Positions 32,683-43,376 of a stretch of DNA of 64,000 bases are shown one piece after another (the stretch's first letter is position 1; each line of letters opens with the position of its first letter). The notes beneath the pieces were generated by a model. The model was given only the letters and a program-made list of their open reading frames with translations. It searched no databases and had not been told where the DNA came from. A program made the position numbers and the translations under genes. Source of the DNA: Naegleria gruberi (lineage: Eukaryota); the NCBI GenBank assembly GCA_000004985.1, contig GG738845.1. One strand, given 5' to 3'.

Positions 32683-33320
32683 TTTTTAGTGTTGATTGAA
32701 TTTGGAAAATAAAAGTGGTGAGCATTGGTGAGAATCGAAACACCAACCTTCTCTATGGAACATTTCGATAATCTTTTTCAAGAATTTAATTCGTGTTTAT
32801 TGGTCAGTATATTCAAAAAGGATAAGGTGTTTAAAACTTGGTTTTGGATGTCTGAAAAAATAGCTTTGTTGATTCAGTCCAATTCAGAAAAGATTTATTA
32901 AGGGAATGTTGAATTTGATATTAGTTACTTCTCTAAGAATGGATGAGAGTAGAAATTCATTATTTCAATACTTGATATTCAAAACACTCAAATTATTTGT
33001 AAAGCTTATGAGCTGTATTATGTTCCATTGTAATTTTTCTGGTTGACCAGCAAAACTCATCCACATAGACAAATTTAACCTCGTGCAAACTCTACCTAGT
33101 ACACACATTTTCACCATTTCATAATAACTGTATTAGATAATGAAACTTTACATTGTAAAAATATTAGAATTATAAAAAGAGAAAATAAATGGTTCAAAAT
33201 TCACTTTTGAGGGGCATGCTAAAAACTACCCACCAATTTGCTGTGACTCACAACGCAACCCATTTCCGAGCCTTTTCCATTGGACTTTTTAATTGCTTCA
33301 ATAAAACTTTCGAAAACAAA

Positions 33321-34480
33321 ATGCTTGCTGCTAAGAAATCAGGTGCTGCTACTGCTGCCGACAATAAGATTAAAATTCTCTTCGTCACTGGTAACGAAAA
33401 TAAGAAGAAGGAAGTTCAACAAATTATGGGTGAACAATTCCAAGTTGATTCTTTGGCTATTGATTGTAGGTTTTTTAAATCATCATCATGGAAATTTTAA
33501 TTTAACAATAATTATTATCATAACCATGATTACAATGTTTTAATGAAATATTATTTCACTTATCGAAATTATCAAAATTATCAAAATTATATTTTAACGT
33601 TTTTTGGAAATTGTATTATTGAATTTAAATAGTACCAGAACTTCAAGGAGAAATTGATGAAATTTCAAAGGAAAAATGTAGAATTGCCATTCAAAACGTT
33701 TTGACTGATCCAAAGATTGCCTATAAATATGGTTCCGAACACGTCATTGTTGTTGAAGACACTTCATTGTGCTTTAATGCTTTGAATGGAATGCCAGGTC
33801 CTTATATTAAATGGTTCTTGGAAAAGTGTGGACATGAGGGTTTGAACAAGATGTTGGTTGGTTTTGAAGATAAGACTGCTTCTGCTGTTTGCACTCTTGC
33901 TTATTTCCATCCTAAATGGTTGCAAGAACAATTAAAGACTATGAAGGGACACGAACATATGCATGACCATGGTGAATCTGGTTGTTGTGACCACGATCAC
34001 GAACATGATCATCATGAACACAAGCATGAACATAAACATGAACATGGTGAATCTTGTTGTGATCATGACCATCATCATGAACACAAGCACGAACACAAGC
34101 ATGAACATGGTGAAGAAAAGTGTTGTAAGGGATTGAGCCCAGAGGAATGTTGTAAAAATAAGGAAGGAGCTGAAAAGTGTTGTGAAAATGATGAATGTTG
34201 TAAGGAAGGTGAAGAAGAATGGGAAGATGATTGTTGTGATGATGGATGTGGATGTTGTGGAGAAGTTGAATTGGATTTGAATCCAAAAGTTATCAGAGGT
34301 GAAACCACTGGTGACATTGTTCTTCCAAGATCTGCTGAAGGTCCAGCTTTCGGATGGGATCCAATCTTCCAACCAACTGGTTTCACACAAACTTTTGCTG
34401 AAATGACTAAGGAACAAAAGAATACTATCAGTCACAGATATAAGGCTTTCCAAGCTTTGCAAGCTGCCTTGTTAGAGTAA
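33321..34480 (+). CDS. ITPA: inosine triphosphate pyrophosphatase (Ham1/ITPA) with ~105-aa His/Cys-rich insertion; join(33321..33465,33633..34480)
   Basis: Exon 1 (from a CAAAATG start) encodes [22 protein letters not shown]...SLAID. A GTAGGT donor at 33466 and a 167-nt intron ending AAATAG lead into exon 2. Exon 2 continues in phase with [17 protein letters not shown]...[26 protein letters not shown] and ...[33 protein letters not shown], all canonical ITPase motifs. The ORF-track ATG at 33189 lies upstream in frame and is probably 5' UTR or an optional presequence. Confidence 0.8.
33971..34108 (+). repeat. in-frame tandem duplication (75 + 63 nt) encoding GES(G)CCDHDH(E/H)H(D)[12 protein letters not shown] units inside the ITPase insertion
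   Basis: Unit 1 (33971..34045) and unit 2 (34046..34108) are about 85 percent identical at nucleotide level. Each begins ggtgaatct(g)gttgttgtga and ends aagcatgaacat. Confidence 0.75.
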
Positions 34481-34602
34481 ATTTTTGTCTTTTCAATTGT
34501 TGAGTATTTAAGTGTAAGAGATGTGTTTGTCTCGAAAAATTTGTTCTGCCTCAATTCAAAAAACAAGAAAATTCGTGTCTTATTAAATAACCAAAAAAAA
34601 AT

Positions 34603-36429
34603 ATGAGACAACACTCCCTCGTACATCTTTTATTCGGTAGCAGAAATGATGACACACTGAATGCTGCTGATGATGATCAAATGAGCACCTTTGCTGCCAC
34701 TAATGAGCACGATAAAAATCAAGAGAATATTCTTGTTACAATGATGGTTCTAGCTATTGCTTCCTTTTCAATATTTGCTTCGGAGGAGAGTTTCTTTTTT
34801 CAATCATCAATGATTTATAGATTGATTTTGTTCTTTTTGATGAGTGCAATTTCTATTGGATTACTTCAATTAATTATCAAGTTTGTAAATACTAATGATT
34901 ATTGTAGATATGTGATATATTCCCTCCTCATCATTGTGATTGCACAATTTCCATTTGAAAAGTATTCGAGTTTGAATTTGCATGATGAAAAATTGTGGAA
35001 ACATGATGTAGAGTATTCGACTAAGGTTTTACTACCAACTATATATACGAATGTTACTTTTTCCAAGATACAGCACGAGTATAAACTTGAAGAAATTGCC
35101 AAATGGTACAAAATACCAACAAATGATACCTATCTTGTGAATGAAGATGATTTATTTTACAATTCGATACCAAATGATATGAATTATTGTAATTATAAGG
35201 CTAGTATTGATAGTCAATGGTTTGAATATTTAAAGGCTGCAAAGGACATGACAATTATTCCTCTCAATAGAATGAAAATCTTGGAGAAATTCAATTCTAC
35301 TATGAGTTTCAAACTCTACAAATCAGTCTCCAAAATTCTCAACTCTATCAAATCTGTACATGATTTGACATTAACTAAAACTAGATTGGAGCAGGGTATT
35401 TCAAATGAATGTAAAGGAGATTATTTCAAATTGATTTGGTGGGATTTTAATAAGGAGTCAATTATGAATTGTTCATTTATAATCAAGTTTAACACAACCG
35501 AAAGAACCAAGCACGAAACTATTTTAGATTTTGAACGTCGACAAGTGTTGGAGCCAACAGAGCATACATATATTGAGAATTTGTACAAACCCGAATATAA
35601 ATGGGCAGTTGCAAGGAGGACAATACAAGAAACTGAAATATTTGTAAGCATTCAGTCAAAGAGTGTACATGAGGATTTTTCTGAATTATTCATTCCTTAC
35701 TCTAACGCAACAACCTATTCTTCATCAAGTAAATGTAGAGAGGAAAAACATACAGTTTATTTGGGAGATTTCATAATTAAGAATGAAACGAAATACGAGT
35801 GGGTTCACTCTTATGATCCAATATTATTTTATACTGGAGCAATTATGGCTGCTTTTGCCTTTCTATCAATGTGGATATGTAAAATGTTACTAATTATCTT
35901 GATTGGATTTATTATCTATTATTTAATATTTAATCATCAACAAGCAAATGAAGAAGAACACTTAGAGGAGGAAATTATCACGAACATTTTGGAATCCACA
36001 AATCCTGAAACACTTCAACAACCTGTATCATCTTTATCAAATGACATGACATTTTTCAACGTAAATCTTAATGAAGTGAAAATGGAAGAACAGATTGGGG
36101 AAGAAATACTATTGGGACCAGTTATATCATTCGAGGAAATGAGAAATTCCAGAAAATCCAGACCAAACCAATCGAATGATAGTATTAGTCAGGATTCTAA
36201 TGAGGAGGATGAAGAGTTAGGTTCAACTCTTGAACTAGCAGTCAACCCTTCTCCAGCGACATTACAGGAAGGAATTGCAGAACAAACCACTCTATTAAGA
36301 GTGACCAGAAGAAAGAATCCAAGTGTAAAGCGTTCCTTTGAACGAGCCATGGAACCAATTTTAGATATTATGGTAGATGATGATATTATAGAATCATCAC
36401 CAAATCTAAAGAAAATCAAGGAAGAATAA
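34603..36429 (+). CDS. hypothetical multi-TM membrane protein
   Basis: The 608-aa ORF starts at ATG in an AAAAAAAAATATG context. It has N-terminal TM helices, a large N-glycosylation-site-rich loop, a C-terminal TM segment and an acidic tail. I recognise no family motif. Confidence 0.5.
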   Translation: MRQHSLVHLLFGSRNDDTLNAADDDQMSTFAATNEHDKNQENILVTMMVLAIASFSIFASEESFFFQSSMIYRLILFFLMSAISIGLLQLIIKFVNTNDYCRYVIYSLLIIVIAQFPFEKYSSLNLHDEKLWKHDVEYSTKVLLPTIYTNVTFSKIQHEYKLEEIAKWYKIPTNDTYLVNEDDLFYNSIPNDMNYCNYKASIDSQWFEYLKAAKDMTIIPLNRMKILEKFNSTMSFKLYKSVSKILNSIKSVHDLTLTKTRLEQGISNECKGDYFKLIWWDFNKESIMNCSFIIKFNTTERTKHETILDFERRQVLEPTEHTYIENLYKPEYKWAVARRTIQETEIFVSIQSKSVHEDFSELFIPYSNATTYSSSSKCREEKHTVYLGDFIIKNETKYEWVHSYDPILFYTGAIMAAFAFLSMWICKMLLIILIGFIIYYLIFNHQQANEEEHLEEEIITNILESTNPETLQQPVSSLSNDMTFFNVNLNEVKMEEQIGEEILLGPVISFEEMRNSRKSRPNQSNDSISQDSNEEDEELGSTLELAVNPSPATLQEGIAEQTTLLRVTRRKNPSVKRSFERAMEPILDIMVDDDIIESSPNLKKIKEE

Positions 36430-36513
36430 ATTGTCAAATAGATGCCCAATTCTCTCAGTAACAAGTCCAATTTGAGATTTATTGTTTGAAATCAATAGAT
36501 TCAATATTTACAA

Positions 36514-38220
36514 TTAAAATGATTCCCCTGTTCCCATTTGTTGATTTAGTAATTCTTCATCAAGGTAAGAGGTTTGTCCATTATCAAAATCTGTACTCTC
36601 TATTGTAGTTGCTTGGGTATCGTATTGTGAGTATCTATTATTATTTGTGTGGTCAGTAATTGGTTGAGATGGAAGATATTGATCTGAGAATAGTGATAGC
36701 ACATTTTCTGATTTAAAATTCGCAATAACGTTAGCGATTGGATCTTTCAAACGTATTTCATAATCAATTGTTGCCATTATTGTCTTGTTGGCCTTTCCAA
36801 TTATATTGGCAGTTCCCTTAATAACATTGCTTTTGCCATCCTTTATAAATCCGGCTAAAGGAATCTCAACTTGCCCAACAACTTCGCAATTATCTATTGA
36901 GTGAGCAATTGTTAATTGCACCAATATATAACCATTAGCAATATAGTACATAAATAGTGTGTTGTTTTCAAATTCGAATAACTTTTCAAACGCAAGCTCA
37001 TTAGTTATACCGTATGTCATTCCTGATAATTGTGTTTCATGCTTGAAGAAATCAACTGACAAGAAGAATGGAAGATTGCTCCACTCCTTGGAAAAGTGAG
37101 TCATATTTGGCCTAGTGTTGAATAACTTGAATTGACATTGATTTTCAGAATGGGTTTGAACAAAGTTTACCTTAATTTCTCTAGGTTGAGGTAAATCTTT
37201 GTGTAAAATTGTAACCATTCTATCTCCTTCATCTTCTGGAATATATTTTGGCTCTGGCTTTGTTTGGGGCTTTTCCTTTGGTGGTTCTTGTTTAGGAAGT
37301 ACCAACTCTTCATATATAGGTTTTTCGATAATTGGTGGTTTTCTTAGAGTTGGTTTTTCAATAATGATAACTTCAGGTTTGTAATTACTTTTTACAACAT
37401 CGACAAAAGGTTCAATTTCCTTATAGATTTGAACAGGTGGTTTCCAATCCATAATTGGAGGTGGAGGTTTCACTTCTCGTTTCACTTCTGGTTCAATATT
37501 TACTTGAACAGATTGAGCATAACTAGCAGGTTTCTTTTCTATGAGTGTTTGAACTTCTGCCGATATTGTTAATATGGAGTTAGTTTGGGTTGGAACTGAT
37601 TTCTTTTCCTTTTTCTCCATCATTGTCTCCAGCTGAGTTTCTTGATTTTTATACTTGGCAACAATTTTTGTATACTTTACGTGTTGCTCTGAAAATTTAT
37701 CATTCCATTGTTTGATTTCTTGTTTTAATTGTTCAATCAAAGTTTCATATTTTTTGTTTTGTTTCTTTTCCTTTAACTTTTCTGTATCCAACAATGTATC
37801 TTGAAGGTTTTTGTTGACCTTCCTTAGTGATTCAATTTCTTGTCTTAGTTTCTTATTCTTTTCCTCGCTGTCTGATAATTTTGTAATTTCAATTTGTTGA
37901 AGTTGAATTTTGTTTTGGAGCTCTGATGAGCGTTCTCTTTCGTCCTTTAAATCTCGTTCCAACTCTCCTAAACGATTAATTAATTCCTTATGATTATCCA
38001 AAATAAATTTGAAATTATTTTCCAACTGATCGTATTTAGATTGAAGTTGTTTAATCTTGGTATTTTTACTCCGAATTTCATGTTGAAGAGATAATAATTC
38101 CATCTCATGTTGTTGACGCAATTTAATATCATCAGCTGAGGGCTGAATAGGATTTCCTATTTGTTGTTGTTGTTGTTGCTCCCGACTAACAATCCGTGCC
38201 TGTTGTCGTTGTTGAAGCAT
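36514..38220 (-). CDS. coiled-coil protein with Pro-rich linker and globular C-terminal domain (possibly C2-like)
   Basis: The 568-aa ORF is Q-rich at its N-terminus, with about 180 aa of heptad-rich sequence and KP/EP repeats. The C-terminal 200 aa are beta-rich. Confidence 0.5.
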   Translation of the reverse strand: MLQQRQQARIVSREQQQQQQIGNPIQPSADDIKLRQQHEMELLSLQHEIRSKNTKIKQLQSKYDQLENNFKFILDNHKELINRLGELERDLKDERERSSELQNKIQLQQIEITKLSDSEEKNKKLRQEIESLRKVNKNLQDTLLDTEKLKEKKQNKKYETLIEQLKQEIKQWNDKFSEQHVKYTKIVAKYKNQETQLETMMEKKEKKSVPTQTNSILTISAEVQTLIEKKPASYAQSVQVNIEPEVKREVKPPPPIMDWKPPVQIYKEIEPFVDVVKSNYKPEVIIIEKPTLRKPPIIEKPIYEELVLPKQEPPKEKPQTKPEPKYIPEDEGDRMVTILHKDLPQPREIKVNFVQTHSENQCQFKLFNTRPNMTHFSKEWSNLPFFLSVDFFKHETQLSGMTYGITNELAFEKLFEFENNTLFMYYIANGYILVQLTIAHSIDNCEVVGQVEIPLAGFIKDGKSNVIKGTANIIGKANKTIMATIDYEIRLKDPIANVIANFKSENVLSLFSDQYLPSQPITDHTNNNRYSQYDTQATTIESTDFDNGQTSYLDEELLNQQMGTGESF

Positions 38221-38435
38221 TTTTTTTGTAAATTGTTTTGGCGGGAAATTTCGTTACATTGATGATTTCCTATGAGGATTGAAACAACTCATGATGATTT
38301 TAAATTGAGATGAGTTGATGAAATTTTCTTTAATAAGTTATTGATTTGTTTAATTTGCTCTTGTATGCTGGTGGTTAGAAGAGTTCCAATATATGACATT
38401 ATTCAATAGTTTATTTAAACTTTCTAATAAAAATG

Positions 38436-39038
38436 TTATAAATCATGTAAAGCATTTTTAAAAGGTTCTTCGTCTAAAGCCTTACTACCAATTGTAATAT
38501 CACTTTTAATAGCATTAATTAAATCATCTAAATTGTCATATTTTTCCATATATCTAATAAAGCCACAAATAGAAATAGTTAAATTTTCTCCATAAAAATC
38601 AGAATTAAAATCATGCAATAAATGTGGTTCAATAGTTTTCTGTTCATTTTGAAAATGTGGATTGTTACCAATACTAATAACTGTTTTACAAGTTATTCCT
38701 CTTATTTTAGCATATCCTATATAAACACCCATTTCGATTTGTGATAATTCTTTACAATTTTCAATTGGTAAATTCGCTGTTGGAATTCCCAATAATTTTC
38801 CTCCTCTTCCAAATCCTTTAATTACTTCTCCTGTTATTTTAATAGGTTTTTCAATCGGAATTACATTGTGTATTCCTATTATAATAAAAATTAATAGGAA
38901 TAATTTGTTTATATAAAAAATTTAATAATGTAACATTTCCGATGATTATTAAAATGATGATTACTCATCAATAATTTTTTTACTGTACATACTCTTTAAT
39001 AAATGATTGGGTATAGTACAAAGGGTGGAAGTTGCCAT
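38436..39038 (-). CDS. RFK: riboflavin kinase (flavokinase); complement(join(38436..38875,38993..39038))
   Basis: Exon 1 runs from ATG 39038 and encodes MATSTLCTIPNHLLK before a GTATGT donor. The 117-nt intron ends TAATAG. Exon 2 contains GEVIKGFGRGGKLLGIPTANLP...GVYIGYA...VISIGNNPHFQN..KTIEPHLLHDFNSDFYGENL, matching the RFK motifs GRGSKQLGIPTANF, VSIGWNPYY and E.HI.H.F..DFYGE. Confidence 0.78.
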
Positions 39039-39520
39039 TTTTTTTGTTTGAAAAGGTTCATTCCGATGAGTCGGATATTTGTAGAGCATATTGTTCCGTA
39101 ATATAGCCTCTGCAGGGTGGATTAATTGCAGTAAATAATTTTAATAAGGATGAGAGAACAGCACAAAATATTTCATAACAATACGAGTGATATTTGAAAG
39201 TTTTACTCTGCAGAGAAGAATTTACAGTGCAAGTAAATGGTAGTATTTTGGAAGAACAAAAATTTTAGCTTTAAAAAATGTCAGAAGTGGACCGTGAAAC
39301 TAAAGTGAGAAAGGAGGTTTTGCGAGTGTAGGTATTAATTTCATCATCATCAACAAATATTAATAATGATCATTATTATTGTGTGGAATGAACAAATTGG
39401 AATCTATAGATTTAATTTGAGGAGAGACAATTTTCAAACTTTACTAGAATACAATGATTATTTGGAAAGGGTTGAGGATATTAGTATGTGTTTTATAATA
39501 ATATATATTTGTTAATCATC

Positions 39521-39982
39521 ATGACAATAGTCTTTGATCTTGCCTATTCAAATGATAATGAAGTTAAATTAAAAAGACAAAAGGAAATGGATGATTTTAA
39601 ACATAATAACAAGACTCTTATCGCTAAAAACAGAGCACTTGCCGAGAATGAATACAAACAACAAATTTTGGAGAAGGAAAAGAAGGAGGCAGTAGAGGAA
39701 GAAAGAAAACATAAGGAATCCCAACTCAAACACTTGAGAGAAGTAACAGTGCAAGAGAAACAAGAAGAAAAGAATGCAACTACAAATTTCCAAGTACCAC
39801 TGGCAATGCAAATGGGATTGAATCAAAAGAGACAGCCAGCTCCGAAAATGATTGCTCAAACAGGAGTTATCTATGCAACTTTACCTCCCGAAGAACAGAG
39901 AAGATACGAAGCAGCAGCTGGTTACACTCCTTCCTTTGTCATGCAGAGAGCTAATCAAGAAGCTTACACTCTTGTTTTGTAA
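39521..39982 (+). CDS. hypothetical charged/coiled protein (start uncertain)
   Basis: The ORF-track start at 39488 is GTG, and the first in-frame ATG is at 39521. The protein is rich in K/E/Q. I could not build an upstream exon in phase. Confidence 0.3.
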   Translation: MTIVFDLAYSNDNEVKLKRQKEMDDFKHNNKTLIAKNRALAENEYKQQILEKEKKEAVEEERKHKESQLKHLREVTVQEKQEEKNATTNFQVPLAMQMGLNQKRQPAPKMIAQTGVIYATLPPEEQRRYEAAAGYTPSFVMQRANQEAYTLVL

Positions 39983-40260
39983 TGAATGTATTCATATTAT
40001 ACAGGAGAGATCAATCTTTAAACTCTCGGAATTAGATTTTCAGATAACATATGATGCAAGATTTGGAAGAGATTTGTAAATTAGAAATTGGTTGTTTGCT
40101 TCAAGTGAAGATCGAAGATGTCAACAATAGATGGTGCATATTATACAGGTTCTAATAACTCAATAAAATTTACACTCATCATGAAATTGCACTACAGTAA
40201 TGCTGTTAATACTGTATGTTATTGTTGCTTTATTGTTATTTCGAATAATCATTAGAAAAA

Positions 40261-41370
40261 ATGCTTTCGTTCTCTAGAAGGCTCCTTCTCAAAGGTCCCA
40301 CTATTTCTGCCACAGAGCTGGAAAGTATATTCGGATTAAAAGCACACAACTGTGATGTAAAAACTGCTCTCGATCCAACCAAAGCAAAATGCAAAAAGCT
40401 TGCTCTCTTTGGTGATTCCAAGTTGAGCAATTTAATAACAGAAAAATTAAAACCACTACTTGATGATGAATCAATACCATTGGGAGATATTAGCATGAAG
40501 AGAGAAAGGTACACCATGAACTCAACTCTTGCTTCCTATTTGAAATACAAGCATGAGGAAATTTATCTCAGTATTCTTGAGAATGACATTGAAAAGAGGG
40601 AACAATTGAATGACCACAGTTTGGGAACTGTATTTGAAGCGTTGTTTTATCTTGCTCCACAAGAGAAGTGTATTGAAATTGTGAATAGTTTGATTGAATG
40701 GGTCGATGGAGAAGGTTCACAATATATCAAGGCACCATTAGTGAAATTTTGCATCATGGTTGATTCTATTAATGATGGACCACAGCTCAAAGTGGAGAAT
40801 TGTTTCTCAATGAAAGAAATTACAATGAAGATTGATGAGGATAATAGTCAGGAATTGTTTGGCGATATATCTAAATTCATGATGGAACGTTCCAAAGAAG
40901 CTATTGAAAAACACAATGAAACTAACTCTCTAGATTTCATAATTAATGGAAAAATTATTCAGGGAAATCATTTAGAAGAACCAATAACAGTTCAATGGAA
41001 AAGTAGATCTGGAAATTATTATGATCAGAAGGTCTTTCCGTGTTGTGGTACTTTATGTGTTTTGAATGGTGGAAAATGTAAAAGGAGAACATGGCTCAAT
41101 AAGGATTCATTTCATTCTGGCCAATTGAAAGGATCAGGAAGTAAGAGATGTGGAGGTGGACATGCACCCTCAGGAAGTAGTACAGATCACATCCCCAAAG
41201 TTAGAGCACATTGGTCATGTTGTTACGAACATGCAGAAAGTGAAGGATGCATCCAAAATGGCTATACTAAAAAGTTGAAAGGTCTCGATTTGTTTCCAAA
41301 AGTACCAATATCATCATCACAAGAAGATGAATTAGAGGATATATCCAACACACCTCATTTCAGTGCCTGA
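40261..41370 (+). CDS. hypothetical protein; N-terminal presequence-like region, C-terminal Cys/His-rich module
   Basis: The 369-aa ORF from ATG begins MLSFSRRLLLKG, which resembles a mitochondrial presequence. LALFGDSKLSNLITEKL weakly resembles an RNase III signature. The C-terminus FPCCGTLCVLNGGKCKRR...RCGGGH...HWSCCYEHAESEGC suggests metal binding. Confidence 0.45.
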   Translation: MLSFSRRLLLKGPTISATELESIFGLKAHNCDVKTALDPTKAKCKKLALFGDSKLSNLITEKLKPLLDDESIPLGDISMKRERYTMNSTLASYLKYKHEEIYLSILENDIEKREQLNDHSLGTVFEALFYLAPQEKCIEIVNSLIEWVDGEGSQYIKAPLVKFCIMVDSINDGPQLKVENCFSMKEITMKIDEDNSQELFGDISKFMMERSKEAIEKHNETNSLDFIINGKIIQGNHLEEPITVQWKSRSGNYYDQKVFPCCGTLCVLNGGKCKRRTWLNKDSFHSGQLKGSGSKRCGGGHAPSGSSTDHIPKVRAHWSCCYEHAESEGCIQNGYTKKLKGLDLFPKVPISSSQEDELEDISNTPHFSA

Positions 41371-41475
41371 GTAATCATGTAAAAACTGGAAATTTTAAAC
41401 TTCCACACAACAGTTCTAAAAATTTTAAAAATAAAATCAATTCTCTCCTCGAACATCAAATTCTACAAAAAAAAT

Positions 41476-42456
41476 ATGGCCCCAAAACGTAAACGTGTTG
41501 TTGATGATGAAGAAGAGGAAGAATATGAACCAGTTGAAGTAATTGATGACTCGGATGATGACGATGATGATGTAGCTGCTTTTGTTGATGATTCGGAAGA
41601 GGATGATGGTGATTTTAAAGAAAAATCATCCAAGAAGAAAAAGAAAGATGAAGGAGATTCAAAGAAGAAGAAATCATCCAAGAAGGAATCAACTAAAAAA
41701 TCCTCCAAATCAAAAGATAAAGATACAAAGGAAACTAAAAAGAAAGCATCAGGTGGTAAAAAAGCTGCATCAACCTCTTCTGGACCTAAAAAGAAGGATC
41801 TCACCATCAAGGATGAAAAGGAAGCAAGACAAGTTGTTTTAGATTTATTTAAAAAGACAAATAGACCATTCAATTTACAAAATGTTATTGATCACTCGAA
41901 AGGTCAATTGAAAAAGGCGATGGCCACTAAGTGTGTTGACCATTATGAAAAGAAGGGTGATTTGAGTGTAAAAGTAAATGGTAAAACAAAGATTTGGTGG
42001 ATCAATCAAGAAGGGTTGGAAGTTTTGAGCAAGGAAGAGTTAAAGGAAATTGATGTAGAAATTAAAGAATTACAAGAAGAATTAGCACAAGTTAGATCCG
42101 AGGTCACACAACTTACAAACGAGAAAGCTAAGTTATTGAAAGCTCCAAAAACAGAAGATTTACCTGCTCAAATTGCAAAGGAAAGAGCTGATTTAGAAAA
42201 GAAGAAGGAAAAATTAGAATCACTTCAATCTGGTTCAGTTAAACTATGTACAATGGATGAAAAGAAGGAAGCTTTAAAGAGTATGGATAGATATCTGAAA
42301 GAATGGAGACTAAGAAAGAGATTAACTAAAGAAATTATTGATAAGATTTCGGAATCTACTGAAAAGAAACCAGCAGAAATTATTGATGACCTAGGAATTG
42401 ATACTGATGAGATTGTTGGTGTTAGTATAGATCAAGTTGGAAAACTAACACAATAA
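41476..42456 (+). CDS. HOP2: homologous-pairing protein 2 (HOP2/TBPIP/PSMC3IP) homolog with acidic/Lys-rich N-terminal extension
   Basis: The winged-helix segment LFKKTNRPFNLQNVIDHSKGQLKKAMATKCVDHYEKKGDLSVKVNGKTKIWWINQEG matches HOP2 (LQEQNRPYS.QDVF.NL...GK..V.K.L..LA..GKI..K.YGKQKIYF..Q). Coiled coils follow. The C-terminus YLKEWRLRKRLTKEII...IIDDLGIDTDE matches HOP2 (YCKEWRKRKRMATEL...FEEVGIETDED). Confidence 0.72.
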   Translation: MAPKRKRVVDDEEEEEYEPVEVIDDSDDDDDDVAAFVDDSEEDDGDFKEKSSKKKKKDEGDSKKKKSSKKESTKKSSKSKDKDTKETKKKASGGKKAASTSSGPKKKDLTIKDEKEARQVVLDLFKKTNRPFNLQNVIDHSKGQLKKAMATKCVDHYEKKGDLSVKVNGKTKIWWINQEGLEVLSKEELKEIDVEIKELQEELAQVRSEVTQLTNEKAKLLKAPKTEDLPAQIAKERADLEKKKEKLESLQSGSVKLCTMDEKKEALKSMDRYLKEWRLRKRLTKEIIDKISESTEKKPAEIIDDLGIDTDEIVGVSIDQVGKLTQ

Positions 42457-42513
42457 TTTTGTAAATAATAATAATTTAATTAACTGTACAATAATAATAA
42501 TTAAATAGAAAAA

Positions 42514-43282
42514 ATGTCATTAATGAACAAGTGTAAAATCATTACAATAAGTGGAAGACCAGCAACAGGAAAGGTAAAATATTAATCATGATCATAATAA
42601 TTGAATAATGATATAATAGACAAGTGTTTGTTCAGATTTAATTACGAAATTGAGGGAAACATTTCCGAATGATAATATTATTTTCTTGGATTCAAACACC
42701 CTTCTTGCCGAATCATCACCACAATACAACAACATACCTCTCGAGCATAAACAAGAAATTGAAAAACTTAAAAATTCTGGAAAATTGAAATACAATTTAA
42801 ATCCAATGATTATGGCCAACCTTTTGAATTCATTTATTAATTTTCATGAAAATAATCAATTATCATCAGGGTGCAGTAATATAATAATTTACTACAGAGG
42901 GCCTCAATCAGTGGATGTAGCAAATCTTTTGGAATTTAAACCTGATTTGTATATTTATTTGGATGCCCCAAAGGAGGATTTGATTGAAAGAGTTTGTAAG
43001 AGACGAGTGGATTTAATATCTGGAAAAACGTATCACATGACATTGGATGCTGAATTTATCAAGCAAAATTCAAAAGGTTTGAAATTGAGTCAAAGAATTG
43101 GCGATTCTGAAGAATTATTTGTGCCAAGAATTGAAAGATCTGACAAACACTTATTGCCAGTTCTAGAATATTATCAAAACATTCCAAGTGTCCATGTGGA
43201 AATTATTAAGAGTGACAAGGCCTCACCAAGACAATTAGTTTTTCAACATGTTTACAATTCGTGTTTGAAAATATTGAAATAA
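42514..43282 (+). CDS. P-loop nucleoside-monophosphate kinase, adenylate-kinase-like; join(42514..42573,42620..43282)
   Basis: Exon 1 encodes MSLMNKCKIITISGRPATGK and ends at a GTAAAA donor. The 46-nt intron ends TAATAG. Exon 2 starts TSVCSD.., completing the Walker A GRPATGKTS. A LID-like SGKTYHMTLD and an R..R pattern follow. Confidence 0.55.
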
Positions 43283-43376
43283 TCTCTTGGTCAACTTGAT
43301 TGGAACAAGTGATTGATCTGATGCAAAAATACTCTTCCAGCAAACAATCATACAGAACATCAGTTACAAACACCTT

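Noticed and set aside
33189-33320. ORF-track N-terminal extension of the ITPase gene (MVQNSLLRGMLKTTHQF...)
   Set aside because: The conserved ITPase N-terminus begins at the CAAAATG at 33321. The extension is only stop-free 5' sequence. It could be a mitochondrial presequence, which I cannot exclude.
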